From Clostridia bacterium (GTDB lineage: Bacteria; Bacillota; Clostridia; RGIG6154): a stretch of 64,000 bases of DNA. Location: NCBI GenBank assembly GCA_045660065.1, contig JAZRDC010000100.1:294-64293 (forward strand), written 5' to 3'. The translations under genes were made by a program, and so were the position numbers. This document shows, piece by piece, positions 50,066 through 59,273 of the stretch. The notes beneath the pieces were generated by a model that saw nothing but the letters and a program-made list of their open reading frames with translations, ran no database searches and was not told the DNA's origin. Positions within the stretch are counted from its first letter, which is position 1, and the number at the start of each line of letters is the position of its first letter.

Positions 50066-50806
50066 TTGAAAGCGATTGTTTTGGCAGCAGGATATGCTAC
50101 AAGATTATATCCTCTTACTTTGAATAAACCTAAAGCCCTTCTTACAATCGGGAAAGAAACAATTCTTGATTTTGTGGTAAATGAAATTATTACTATTCCC
50201 GCAATTGACGAAATTTATATTGTAACAAACGATAAGTTTTATGACCAGTTTTGTCAGTGGAACAAAATGGCAGAAAAAACTGTCAAAATTACAGTGCTTA
50301 ATGATAACACTACCGATGATGCTACAAAATTGGGTGCTATCGGTGATATTCAGTTTGTTATTGATAAAATGAATGTTTCAGATGATATACTGGTTATGGC
50401 AAGTGATAATATTTTCACTTTCAGACTTATGGATTTTTATAAATCTTTTGAAAGTAAAGGCAATGATATGATACTTGTCAGTGAAATTGAAAATCACGAA
50501 GATTTGAAACGTATGGCAAATGTTGTTTTGGATTCTGAAGGTAAAGTTTTGGATATGGTTGAAAAACCTGCTGAACCGATTTCAAATATTGCTGCATTTG
50601 CGTCATATCTTTATACTAAAGAAACTGTCCCAATGATAAAAGAATATTTGCAGCAAGGCAACAATCCTGATGCACCGGGTTTTTTCCCGTCATGGCTTTA
50701 TAAGCAGAAGGATTTGTACGCATATAAGTTTGAGGGGGAATGTTATGATATAGGCACTCCGCAAGCCTATGAAGAGGTTGGCAAGATATTTAAACACAAG
50801 GAGTAG
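50066..50806 (+). CDS. sugar-phosphate nucleotidyltransferase (NTP_transferase domain)
   Basis: LKAIVLAAGYATRLYPLT...KPK signature; TTG start 9 nt after AAGGAG. Confidence 0.7.
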   Translation: MKAIVLAAGYATRLYPLTLNKPKALLTIGKETILDFVVNEIITIPAIDEIYIVTNDKFYDQFCQWNKMAEKTVKITVLNDNTTDDATKLGAIGDIQFVIDKMNVSDDILVMASDNIFTFRLMDFYKSFESKGNDMILVSEIENHEDLKRMANVVLDSEGKVLDMVEKPAEPISNIAAFASYLYTKETVPMIKEYLQQGNNPDAPGFFPSWLYKQKDLYAYKFEGECYDIGTPQAYEEVGKIFKHKE

Positions 50807-50810
50807 TTCT

Positions 50811-51584
50811 ATGAAAAAAAGTGTAAAGATAGGGTTAGGGATAACTATTGTTATTGTTGCAATTATACTTTCACTGATAATATGGCAATGGGAAAATATT
50901 AGTGCCATTTATATGGGTGTTGTAAGCAGCGAAGAAAAGATAGAGGAAGAAATACAAAAAAACAAAGACAAATTAGCAAAGCAATTGGAAGAAGATGGAT
51001 TAATCAATCCTAAAGCAGCCGCCGGTTTATCTAAGGAAGACGAAGAAAAAATTGCCAAAGGTGAATTGACTGTTGATGAAGCAGTGGAAAAACTTTTTGA
51101 ACCTAAAGAAGAAATTTATGAAGATGCAAATGCTGAAGAAGAAATTCAGAAAAATCCACAAACTGATGTAAGTGGTGATACACCTCCGCAAGAAGAAAAA
51201 GTACCTGAGGAGAAGCCACCTAGTGTTCAGCAGGATGATTCTAAAATTAAAGAAAAACAACTTATAGAAACTGCTGTTAAAAAAATGTATTCTTTAAAAG
51301 CGATTTTTACTCAACAGCTTTCAGCGATAGAAACTGAAGCAATTAAGGTTTATTCTGAAGGGAAAATGACGAAAGAAGATAAATTGAAAATTGCCGATAT
51401 TTATATTCCAAAAATTGTGGATGCAGAAAAAAGATGTAATGCAGAAGTAGATGCAGTTTTGAGTGAATTAGAAAAAGGATTGAAAGAAGTAAATGGCAAT
51501 TTATCTGTAGTCGGACTTATCCGCGAACAATATAATAACGAAAAACAACTTCAAAAGTCTAAATATGTTAGTAAATATTTATAA
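50811..51584 (+). CDS. membrane-anchored coiled-coil protein (hypothetical; not a typical Wzz/CpsC)
   Basis: single N-terminal TM, acidic/Lys-rich coiled coil. Confidence 0.45.
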   Translation: MKKSVKIGLGITIVIVAIILSLIIWQWENISAIYMGVVSSEEKIEEEIQKNKDKLAKQLEEDGLINPKAAAGLSKEDEEKIAKGELTVDEAVEKLFEPKEEIYEDANAEEEIQKNPQTDVSGDTPPQEEKVPEEKPPSVQQDDSKIKEKQLIETAVKKMYSLKAIFTQQLSAIETEAIKVYSEGKMTKEDKLKIADIYIPKIVDAEKRCNAEVDAVLSELEKGLKEVNGNLSVVGLIREQYNNEKQLQKSKYVSKYL

Positions 51585-51597
51585 ATGAGGGGAACAT

Positions 51598-52416
51598 ATG
51601 AAAAAAACTGATGTAAAGAAAAGATTAAATTTAAGGGCAATAATCAATAAGAAAATAAAGCAGCCTGATGAACGCGAGAATGCAGTAATTGACAAGAATA
51701 CTGATTTTAGTATAAAAGAAGCATATAAGACATTAAGAACTAATATTATGTTTTCTTTAGCAAACGATGGAAAAAATAAAATTATTGTTGTAACAAGTGC
51801 TGTGCCGGGTGAGGGTAAGTCTACAACAATTTTGAATTTGGCCATTACATTTTCGCAAATCGGCTCGAAAGTCCTTGTTATTGACGGTGACTTAAGAAAG
51901 CCTAAAATCCATAAATATTTAGGAATTTCAAACAATAAAGGTCTTTCAGGTATTTTGGGCGGATTTGCAAAAGTAGAAGAAACCATTGTTAAGACCAAAT
52001 ATGGCTTTGATTGTATTACTGCAGGTAGTGTTCCGCCAAATCCATCTGAACTTATTGGTTCTGCGATGCTTGTTGATATTTTAAAAGAACTTAATGAAAA
52101 ATATGACTATGTATTTATTGATTCGCCACCGGTAACTGTTGTTTCAGATACTCTTACAGTTGCTGCAATGAGTGATGGTGTGCTTTTGGTTGCAAGATCT
52201 AATTACACTCCAAAATCATTGTTAAAACAGTCAATTAACAACATTAAAATTACTAAAGCCAAAGTTATTGGTGTAGTAGTAAATGCAGTTGACACAAAAA
52301 AGCGTGCTTATGGCACTTATAAAGGCAAGTATTATTCAAGAGGCAGATATGGTAATTATAGTAAATATGGATACCATTATTACTATGCTACTCAGGATAG
52401 AAAAACAAAGGAATAA
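51598..52416 (+). CDS. CpsD/CapB-family tyrosine autokinase
   Basis: VVTSAVPGEGKSTT Walker A, VLVIDGDLRKP Walker A', C-terminal Tyr-rich tail YYSRGRYGNYSKYGYHYYY. Confidence 0.85.
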   Translation: MKKTDVKKRLNLRAIINKKIKQPDERENAVIDKNTDFSIKEAYKTLRTNIMFSLANDGKNKIIVVTSAVPGEGKSTTILNLAITFSQIGSKVLVIDGDLRKPKIHKYLGISNNKGLSGILGGFAKVEETIVKTKYGFDCITAGSVPPNPSELIGSAMLVDILKELNEKYDYVFIDSPPVTVVSDTLTVAAMSDGVLLVARSNYTPKSLLKQSINNIKITKAKVIGVVVNAVDTKKRAYGTYKGKYYSRGRYGNYSKYGYHYYYATQDRKTKE

Positions 52417-52419
52417 TTT

Positions 52420-53127
52420 ATGATAGATACTCATTCACATTTTCTTCCCGGGATTGATGATGGAGCAGACTCGGTGGAATCTGCTTTAAAAATACTTGAA
52501 GATTTGAAAAATCAAGGGGTTGATACGGTAGTTTCAACCTCTCATTATTATGAGTGGCAGGAAGACATAAGCAGTTTTTTATCAAGAAGAGAACAAGCGT
52601 ATAATATCTTAATAGAAAATATGCAGAAACTTGGAGGGGAGTATCCAAATATAGTTCTAGGTGCAGAAGTTGCATTAACTCCGGAGATCCCCAAAAGTGA
52701 GGATTTGAAAAAATTATGTATTGGCGATACAAATAATATTTTAATTGAATTGCCATATAGCGGGTATCATGAATGGATTCCGTATGCGATTTTTGAGATT
52801 TCATCAAGACACGGCCTTGTACCTGTTCTTGCACATTTTGAAAGGTTTTGCACAAGTAAAAATAAACTTCAACAGTATAAAGAGTTGCTTGCATTAGATG
52901 TTAAACTGCAGATTAATACTGAATCTTTTTTATACAGAAAACCATTTAAGGTTATAAAACATCTCGCTAAAGAGGGAGCCATTGATGTAATTGGTTCTGA
53001 TACTCATAATATGACATCACGAAAAAGCACCTTTGCTGACGGCATTAAGCGTATCGACAAAAAGTTTGGCAAAGATTTTTTAGTTAAACTTGATAATAAT
53101 GCAAAAAAATTAATAGGATTAAGTTAA
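52420..53127 (+). CDS. CpsB/CapC-type PHP-family protein-tyrosine phosphatase
   Basis: MIDTHSHFLPGIDDGA...STSHYY motifs. Confidence 0.8.
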   Translation: MIDTHSHFLPGIDDGADSVESALKILEDLKNQGVDTVVSTSHYYEWQEDISSFLSRREQAYNILIENMQKLGGEYPNIVLGAEVALTPEIPKSEDLKKLCIGDTNNILIELPYSGYHEWIPYAIFEISSRHGLVPVLAHFERFCTSKNKLQQYKELLALDVKLQINTESFLYRKPFKVIKHLAKEGAIDVIGSDTHNMTSRKSTFADGIKRIDKKFGKDFLVKLDNNAKKLIGLS

Positions 53128-53176
53128 AAAGACTTGTTTTTTTTATAAAATTATAGTATAATATACAAGTTGAAAC

Positions 53177-53268
53177 GGAGAGGTGGCCGAGTTGGTCGAA
53201 GGCGCAGCATTGGAAATGCTGTAAACAGTAATCCTGTTTCGTGGGTTCGAATCCCATCCTCTCCTCCA
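53177..53268 (+). tRNA. tRNA-Ser (anticodon GGA), long variable arm, encoded CCA
   Basis: GGAGAGGTGGCCGAGTTGGTCGAAGGCGCAGCATTGGAAATGCTG...GGGTTCGAATCCCATCCTCTCCTCCA; anticodon loop TTGGAAA. Confidence 0.85.
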
Positions 53269-53449
53269 TAAAAATAAGCCCACTTTGGTGGGCTATTTTT
53301 TATGGAATAAAAGGGATTCGAACCCTGAGAGGGCATTTTGCGTTAAGAAAAAGTTGCCGGTGGCAAGTTTTATAGCAAAATGGTGCGAAAACGGGTACTG
53401 AAAGGTAACACCTTTCGGTCGTTGAGCAGAAATAATGCAAAGCATTATT

Positions 53450-53469
53450 ATCCCATCCTCTCCTCCATA
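53450..53469 (+). repeat. 20-bp direct repeat of the tRNA-Ser 3' end (ATCCCATCCTCTCCTCCATA), 180 bp downstream of the tRNA
   Basis: identical to 53251-53270. Confidence 0.8.
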
Positions 53470-53584
53470 GAAACCGAATGATTTGATGCCAATGTAGATT
53501 ATTCGGATTTTTATATAGTTTAAAAATAATTTATTTTAGCTATTGAAATATGTTCTGAAAAGTGATACAATATATTTAAACTTA

Positions 53585-53740
53585 ATAAACGGGAGCTTGT
53601 ATACAGGCTGAGAGGAAGGTGCGACCTTCGACCGAGAACCTGATTTGGATAATGCCAACGTAGGGATGCCTGATAAAAGTGTCAGGAGGAACAAAGAAGT
53701 TTTAGGAAGTTACCAAATCGGTAACTTCCTTTTAATTTTT
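53585..53740 (+). promoter_or_regulatory. TPP (THI-box) riboswitch with terminator-type expression platform
   Basis: GGCTGAGAGG...CCTTCGACCGAGAACCTGATTTGGATAATGCCAACGTAGGGAT THI-element consensus; followed by GGAAGTTACCAAATCGGTAACTTCCTTTT hairpin. Confidence 0.85.
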
Positions 53741-53798
53741 GGCAAGGTTTATTATTAAGTTAATAAACAGCCGGTAATTACGGCAGAAAGAGGTAAAA

Positions 53799-54620
53799 AT
53801 GTTAGGAAATTGTCTTGAAAATGTAAGGAGAAAAACACCACTTGTGCATAATATTACAAATTATGTAACGGTTAATGATGTAGCAAACGCTTTGCTGGCC
53901 TGCGGTGGCAGCCCGATTATGTCAGATGAGCCTGATGATGTGGCAGATATTACTGCTATTTGTGGAGGTCTTAATATTAATATTGGGACTTTAAATCAAA
54001 AGAGTATCGAAGGGATGTTTATCGCAGGTGCAAAAGCTAAGGAGTTGAAGCATATAGTTTTACTTGATCCTGTGGGGGCAGGAGCAAGTAAACTGCGTAC
54101 TGAAACGGCAATAAAACTTATGGATAATATTGAATTTGATGTTATTCGTGGAAATGTTTCAGAAATTAAAACTTTAGCACTTGGCTTCGGAACAACTAAA
54201 GGAGTAGATGCCGATGTTGCTGACACAGTAACAGAAGAAAATCTTGAGGAGATGATTGCCTTTGCTAAGAATTTTTCAAAAAAAACAAATGCCGTTATTG
54301 CGATTACAGGAGCTATCGACCTTGTAGCAGATAGTGAAAAATGTTATATAATTCGTAATGGCAGACCGGAAATGAGCAAAATTACAGGTACAGGCTGTCA
54401 ACTATCCGGTATTGCGGTGGCTTTCGCTGTAGCAAATCCTGATGATAAAACAATAGCCGTTGCAGCAGCGGTTTGCACTATGGGACTTGCAGGTGAAATA
54501 GGTTATTCAAATCTAAAGCCAGGCGAAGGGAATTCTACATTGCGAAATCGCATTATAGATGCTATTTGTAATATGGATTCAGAAACTTTGAATAAAGGAG
54601 CAAAATATGAAGTGCGATAA
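53799..54620 (+). CDS. thiM: hydroxyethylthiazole kinase
   Basis: PLVHNITNYVTVNDVANALLACGGSPIM ThiM signature. Confidence 0.85.
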   Translation: MLGNCLENVRRKTPLVHNITNYVTVNDVANALLACGGSPIMSDEPDDVADITAICGGLNINIGTLNQKSIEGMFIAGAKAKELKHIVLLDPVGAGASKLRTETAIKLMDNIEFDVIRGNVSEIKTLALGFGTTKGVDADVADTVTEENLEEMIAFAKNFSKKTNAVIAITGAIDLVADSEKCYIIRNGRPEMSKITGTGCQLSGIAVAFAVANPDDKTIAVAAAVCTMGLAGEIGYSNLKPGEGNSTLRNRIIDAICNMDSETLNKGAKYEVR

Positions 54621-55251
54621 AAAGGATTTGCTTTTATATGCTGTTACTGACCGTACTTGGCTTGGAAATATGACTCTTTACGAACAAGTGAAGGAAACTC
54701 TCAAAGGGGGAGCAACTTTTATTCAACTTCGTGAAAAGGAGTTGGATGAGGAAAACTTTTTCAAAGAAGCCTTGGAAATAAAGCAACTCTGTAAAGAGTA
54801 TAATGTTCCTTTTGTAGTTAATGATAATGTCGATATTGCAGTAAAGGTGAAGGCAGATGGAATACATATAGGTCAAAAAGATATGGAAGCAGGGTATGTA
54901 CGGTCTGTTATTGGGGAAGACAGAATTCTTGGTGTGTCTGCACAAACAGTAGAACAAGCTATTCTTGCAGAAAAGATGGGCGCTGATTATTTGGGTGTCG
55001 GTGCTGTGTTCAGTACAGGTTCAAAAGCAGATGCAGACGATGTAAGTTTTGATACACTTAAAGCAATATGCGATGCTGTAACTATTCCCGTTGTTGCTAT
55101 CGGCGGAATTGGAGTAAATAATATTTTAGAACTGACCGGAAGCAGGATATGTGGTGTTGCAGTTATCAGTGCAATTTTTTCTGCAGAAGATATCAAATCT
55201 GCAACAAGAAAATTAAAAGAATTAGCAAAAAAGGTGGTGCCTGAACGATGA
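54607..55251 (+). CDS. thiE: thiamine-phosphate synthase
   Basis: LLYAVTD...FIQLREK...HIGQ...GVGAVFST ThiE motifs. Confidence 0.85.
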   Translation: MKCDKKDLLLYAVTDRTWLGNMTLYEQVKETLKGGATFIQLREKELDEENFFKEALEIKQLCKEYNVPFVVNDNVDIAVKVKADGIHIGQKDMEAGYVRSVIGEDRILGVSAQTVEQAILAEKMGADYLGVGAVFSTGSKADADDVSFDTLKAICDAVTIPVVAIGGIGVNNILELTGSRICGVAVISAIFSAEDIKSATRKLKELAKKVVPER

Positions 55252-56678
55252 AAGGCGCAATATTTGACTTGGACGGAACTTTGATAGATTCAATGTTTAT
55301 ATGGGATACAATTGGTGAAGATTATCTGCGTTTGCTTGGTATCGAACCAAAAGAAAACCTTGCAGAAGTGTTTAAGACATTTACCCTTGAACAAGCAGCG
55401 GAATATTACCAAAATCATTATGGTGTAATGATGCCTGTGATTGAAATTGTTGAAGACATTAACAATATGGTAACAGAAATATATAAAACAAAAGTAACCT
55501 TAAAATCAGGGGTCAGAGGTTATTTGGAGAGATTACAGAGGCAAGGCGTTAAAATGTGCATTGCAACTGTAACAGACAGACATATTGCAGAAGAAGTTCT
55601 GAAGCGTTTGGGGATTTTTAAATTTTTCTCAGAAATATTTACTTGTGCTGAAGTGGGGTGTAGTAAACAAACACCCGAAATATACAGACAGGCTTTGAAA
55701 CATCTTGGAACTGACAAAAATGAAACCGTAGTTTTTGAAGATGCTTTTCATGCATTAAAAGTCGCTCAAAATGATGGATTTAAAACAGTGGCTGTTTATG
55801 ACTCACACGAGTCAAGGCAAGAAGAAATAAAAGAAATTGCAGATTATTACATTACTGATTTTGATAACTTCTGTATAAAATCACAGATGAAAACCACTCT
55901 AACGATTGCAGGCAGTGATTCAAGCGGTGGAGCTGGTATTCAGGCAGATATTAAAACAATAACAATGAATGGTGTTTATGCAATGAGTGCAATAACCGCC
56001 CTTACTGCCCAGAACACGACAGGAGTAAGATCAATTTCAGATGTAACCCCGGATTTCTTAAAAGAACAAATAGATGCTGTATTTGAAGATATATTCCCTG
56101 ACAGTATAAAAATCGGAATGGTATTATCAAGTGAACTTATAAATGTAATTGCAGACAGATTAAAGTTTTACAATGCAAAAAATATTGTTGTAGATCCTGT
56201 GATGGTAGCGACAAGCGGAGCAGCTCTCATAAAAACAGAAGCAATAAAAACGTTGACAGAAAAATTACTACCAATTACAACTTTAATAACTCCCAACATT
56301 CCAGAAGCAGAAGTTTTGTCTGAAATGAAAATTGAATGCATGGAAGATATGATAAAATCAGCAATGTTTATATTTAAAAAATATAATTGCAGTGTCCTGA
56401 TAAAAGGGGGGCATTGTATTAATGAAGCAAATGATTTATTATGTGAAAATGGCAGATGTATATGGTTTGAGAGAAAACGAATTAATAATCCGAACACGCA
56501 CGGAACAGGTTGTACATTATCAAGTGCTATCGCATCAAATCTTGCTAAAGGATATACACTTGAAACATCTATACAAAGAGCAAAGGATTATATTTCCGGT
56601 GCACTATCTGCAATGCTTGACTTGGGGAAAGGTTCTGGTCCTCTAAATCATTCTTTTGCTATAACTGGTAATATCTGA
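55248..56678 (+). CDS. thiD: fusion: HAD-family hydrolase (N) + hydroxymethylpyrimidine/phosphomethylpyrimidine kinase ThiD (C)
   Basis: N: MKGAIFDLDGTLIDS HAD motif I; C: TLTIAGSDSSGGAGIQADIKT ThiD signature. Confidence 0.75.
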   Translation: MKGAIFDLDGTLIDSMFIWDTIGEDYLRLLGIEPKENLAEVFKTFTLEQAAEYYQNHYGVMMPVIEIVEDINNMVTEIYKTKVTLKSGVRGYLERLQRQGVKMCIATVTDRHIAEEVLKRLGIFKFFSEIFTCAEVGCSKQTPEIYRQALKHLGTDKNETVVFEDAFHALKVAQNDGFKTVAVYDSHESRQEEIKEIADYYITDFDNFCIKSQMKTTLTIAGSDSSGGAGIQADIKTITMNGVYAMSAITALTAQNTTGVRSISDVTPDFLKEQIDAVFEDIFPDSIKIGMVLSSELINVIADRLKFYNAKNIVVDPVMVATSGAALIKTEAIKTLTEKLLPITTLITPNIPEAEVLSEMKIECMEDMIKSAMFIFKKYNCSVLIKGGHCINEANDLLCENGRCIWFERKRINNPNTHGTGCTLSSAIASNLAKGYTLETSIQRAKDYISGALSAMLDLGKGSGPLNHSFAITGNI

Positions 56679-56721
56679 ACTAATAATTTATATTTTTGAC
56701 TCTATAAAAAAAGCATCGGAA

Positions 56722-58224
56722 TTACTCCGATGCTTTTTGATTATTAGTATCTTTGTGCATATCTCTGAACTGTTGGGCGGTATAGCCTGTAATATCTTTA
56801 AAGGTTTTGTAAAAATGATTAAGGCTGTTAAATCCACACATTTTGCATATTTCGTTTATTTTATAACGGCTGCTGATTAACAAAACCTTCGCACGTTGTA
56901 TTCTTACATCAATAAGATAATCAATAAAATTTATATTGTTATCTTTCTTAAATCGTTTGCTGAAATATGATGGGCTTAGTGATACATGATTTGCAACCTC
57001 AACTAAAGAAATATCCTCAGCGTAATGTTGCTGAACATATTCTTTTGCACTTATTAAGGCATCATAATTTCTTGCAAACATTCCTGCAAAATGCTCGGTT
57101 GCTTTTGTTATCATTTTTTTCGAATAGTTAACATATGTATTTCTGTCAACAAGAGAATTCATATATCTGGTGTTGATGTCTAGTTCCCCAAGATTTTGTT
57201 CTTCGATATTACTTTTAAGTGCTGTATAGATTGATTTTGAAAGTTTTTTAACAGAATCTATATCCTGATTTTCTATTAAAGTATTGTAATATGAAATAGA
57301 TTCGTATTTATCACCAAGTTTGATTTGTGAAACAAGAGAGTCGAGTTTGCTTTTTTCAACATTTTTAGTTATTCTGACTTTGTTGATAAGAGCAATGTTG
57401 TGCTTGATTGCAACAATGTTTGTGTTGATGTTAAGGTGCATAATAACTTTACAAGTATCTGTCAGTGTTGCTAAAAGTACAGTAAGCATTCTTTTGAAAT
57501 CGGGAAGTGGACAGTCTTTGGTTCCGAATATTACAAAAAGCATTGAGTCAAAGAAATTAAACCCGGGAACTACCGTTATAGGAGCGCCATGAGGGAATTG
57601 TTTCAGTATTGCCTCAAAAAGAGCATTTTTACCATATTTCCAGGTGTTGGTAAGATACTGGGTGATGTTAGTAACAGAAACTTTTACTACAGCCGCAGGG
57701 GTTGCGTGCACATCAATATTTATATTGTTTAGTTGAAATAGTGATTGCAAATTTATAGGTTCATTTACTGAATTCAGCAGATAGTCTGTTATAATCTGTG
57801 AAAAAGTTTCAGTTTCAATAAGTCCATCTTTTCCAAGATTTTTATGTATTGTATTTAAACGTGCTAAAATGCGATAACAGGTGTTTCGCAAACTGTTAAA
57901 AGTGATAGGTTTAAGAAGGTAGTCGCAAACACCTTCAAGAATGCCTTGCTGCGCATATTCAAATGAAGGGAATTTTGACATAAAAGCAACAATGGTATTT
58001 TTGCAGTTTTTGTTAACGTATTTTGTTAAGTCAATACCACTGAATTCAGAAATATTTACTTCTGTCAAAACTGCATCCACATCATTGGTTTTTAAAAATT
58101 CGGCTGCATCAATAGCATTGTCAAAAGTACCAACAGGTTCAATTCCCATTTCTTTCCAGTCAAAAATATTGCATATTGTATCAATGACACTTGTGTCAGG
58201 ATCTACAAAAATTATTTTATACAT
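56722..58224 (-). CDS. response-regulator-like protein with AraC-type HTH output (YesN-like); receiver phospho-acceptor Asp appears replaced by Glu
   Basis: MYKIIFVDPD...DAVLTEVNISEFSGIDL...YLLKP receiver; C-terminal AraC HTH; no adjacent histidine kinase. Confidence 0.65.
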   Translation of the reverse strand: MYKIIFVDPDTSVIDTICNIFDWKEMGIEPVGTFDNAIDAAEFLKTNDVDAVLTEVNISEFSGIDLTKYVNKNCKNTIVAFMSKFPSFEYAQQGILEGVCDYLLKPITFNSLRNTCYRILARLNTIHKNLGKDGLIETETFSQIITDYLLNSVNEPINLQSLFQLNNINIDVHATPAAVVKVSVTNITQYLTNTWKYGKNALFEAILKQFPHGAPITVVPGFNFFDSMLFVIFGTKDCPLPDFKRMLTVLLATLTDTCKVIMHLNINTNIVAIKHNIALINKVRITKNVEKSKLDSLVSQIKLGDKYESISYYNTLIENQDIDSVKKLSKSIYTALKSNIEEQNLGELDINTRYMNSLVDRNTYVNYSKKMITKATEHFAGMFARNYDALISAKEYVQQHYAEDISLVEVANHVSLSPSYFSKRFKKDNNINFIDYLIDVRIQRAKVLLISSRYKINEICKMCGFNSLNHFYKTFKDITGYTAQQFRDMHKDTNNQKASE

Positions 58225-58340
58225 AAACGCCTCTAAAATTAAATTATAGTCAAAGTATTCTACCATAAATACCACAAAAAAGCAATACATATACAGCAAA
58301 AAAGTGGTGTAAAAAATCCCGAATTAAATTCGGGATTAGT

Positions 58341-59210
58341 TTAGTCAGTAAAGCATTGAGTCCAGTAATGAGAATACCCTTTTTCTGAGTTGTAATAACC
58401 AATGCCTATTTTTTTAAAGTTTGGGTTTAAAATGTTTTCTCTGTGTCCTTTTGAACCCATCCATGATTTGACAACTTCATCAGGTGATGATTGTCCGGCA
58501 GCGATGTTTTCAGCGGCATATCTGTAGGAGATGCCGTGCTTTTTTAATCTGTCAAAAGGGGATAGACCATCAGGATTTGTATGACTGAAAAAATTTCTGT
58601 TGTGCATATCCTGGCTATGCATTCTTGCAACATAATTCAAATTGTCGTTAATTGATAGCGTTGCAAGTCCATTTTTGCTTCTTTCAATATTAATTAACTC
58701 CAATACTTTAAGTTCAAATTCATTACTTGAATTGGTAGGTTTATCAGAATTTTCGGGGTTTTGGGTATCATTATATTCAGGGAGAGTACCGGGCGGAGTG
58801 GAAATGTTAATATTTTCGTCGTTTTCATTCCAGTTTACATTAAATCCTAATAATTCGAGAATTATACGCAACGGTATATAGGTCTTTCCACCGATTAATT
58901 TGCAGTCGCTATCTGATTTGTAAACCTTACCATCTTTTAAGATTATATTACTGCCGATTTCAAAACTGATTGTTGAACCACCAAAGATGGCAGTTGCAGA
59001 TTTTGTTTCATTTTCCCAGGAAACAGTTGCACCTATATTTTCAAAGAGATCACGCATGGGAACGTAAGTTCTTCCATCAGATATAAAAGCAGAACTTTCA
59101 AGTGTGGAACGATTACCGTCAATGGTTATTCCAACATCATTTGCTTTAACTGATAATCCTGAAGTGATTAAGACAATCAGCACCAAAAATTGTAATAAAT
59201 ATTTTTTCAT
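58341..59210 (-). CDS. secreted protein: copper amine oxidase-like N-domain + CAP/SCP (YkwD-like) domain
   Basis: signal peptide; ...GRTYVPMRDLFENIGA... stalk domain; C-terminal ...HSQDM..NFFSH...GENIA...W..S.GHR.NIL CAP motifs; RBS GGAGGTGA. Confidence 0.65.
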   Translation of the reverse strand: MKKYLLQFLVLIVLITSGLSVKANDVGITIDGNRSTLESSAFISDGRTYVPMRDLFENIGATVSWENETKSATAIFGGSTISFEIGSNIILKDGKVYKSDSDCKLIGGKTYIPLRIILELLGFNVNWNENDENINISTPPGTLPEYNDTQNPENSDKPTNSSNEFELKVLELINIERSKNGLATLSINDNLNYVARMHSQDMHNRNFFSHTNPDGLSPFDRLKKHGISYRYAAENIAAGQSSPDEVVKSWMGSKGHRENILNPNFKKIGIGYYNSEKGYSHYWTQCFTD

Positions 59211-59273
59211 ATTCTTCACCTCCATATATATGCTAACATATGAAATAAGATGAAGTCAATGTAAATATTACCC

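Noticed and set aside
50769-50810. Extended start (MKRLARYLNTRSSSM...) for the membrane coiled-coil protein overlapping the nucleotidyltransferase gene
   Set aside because: The ATG at 50811 is preceded by an AAGGAG RBS; the extension overlaps the upstream CDS without an RBS.
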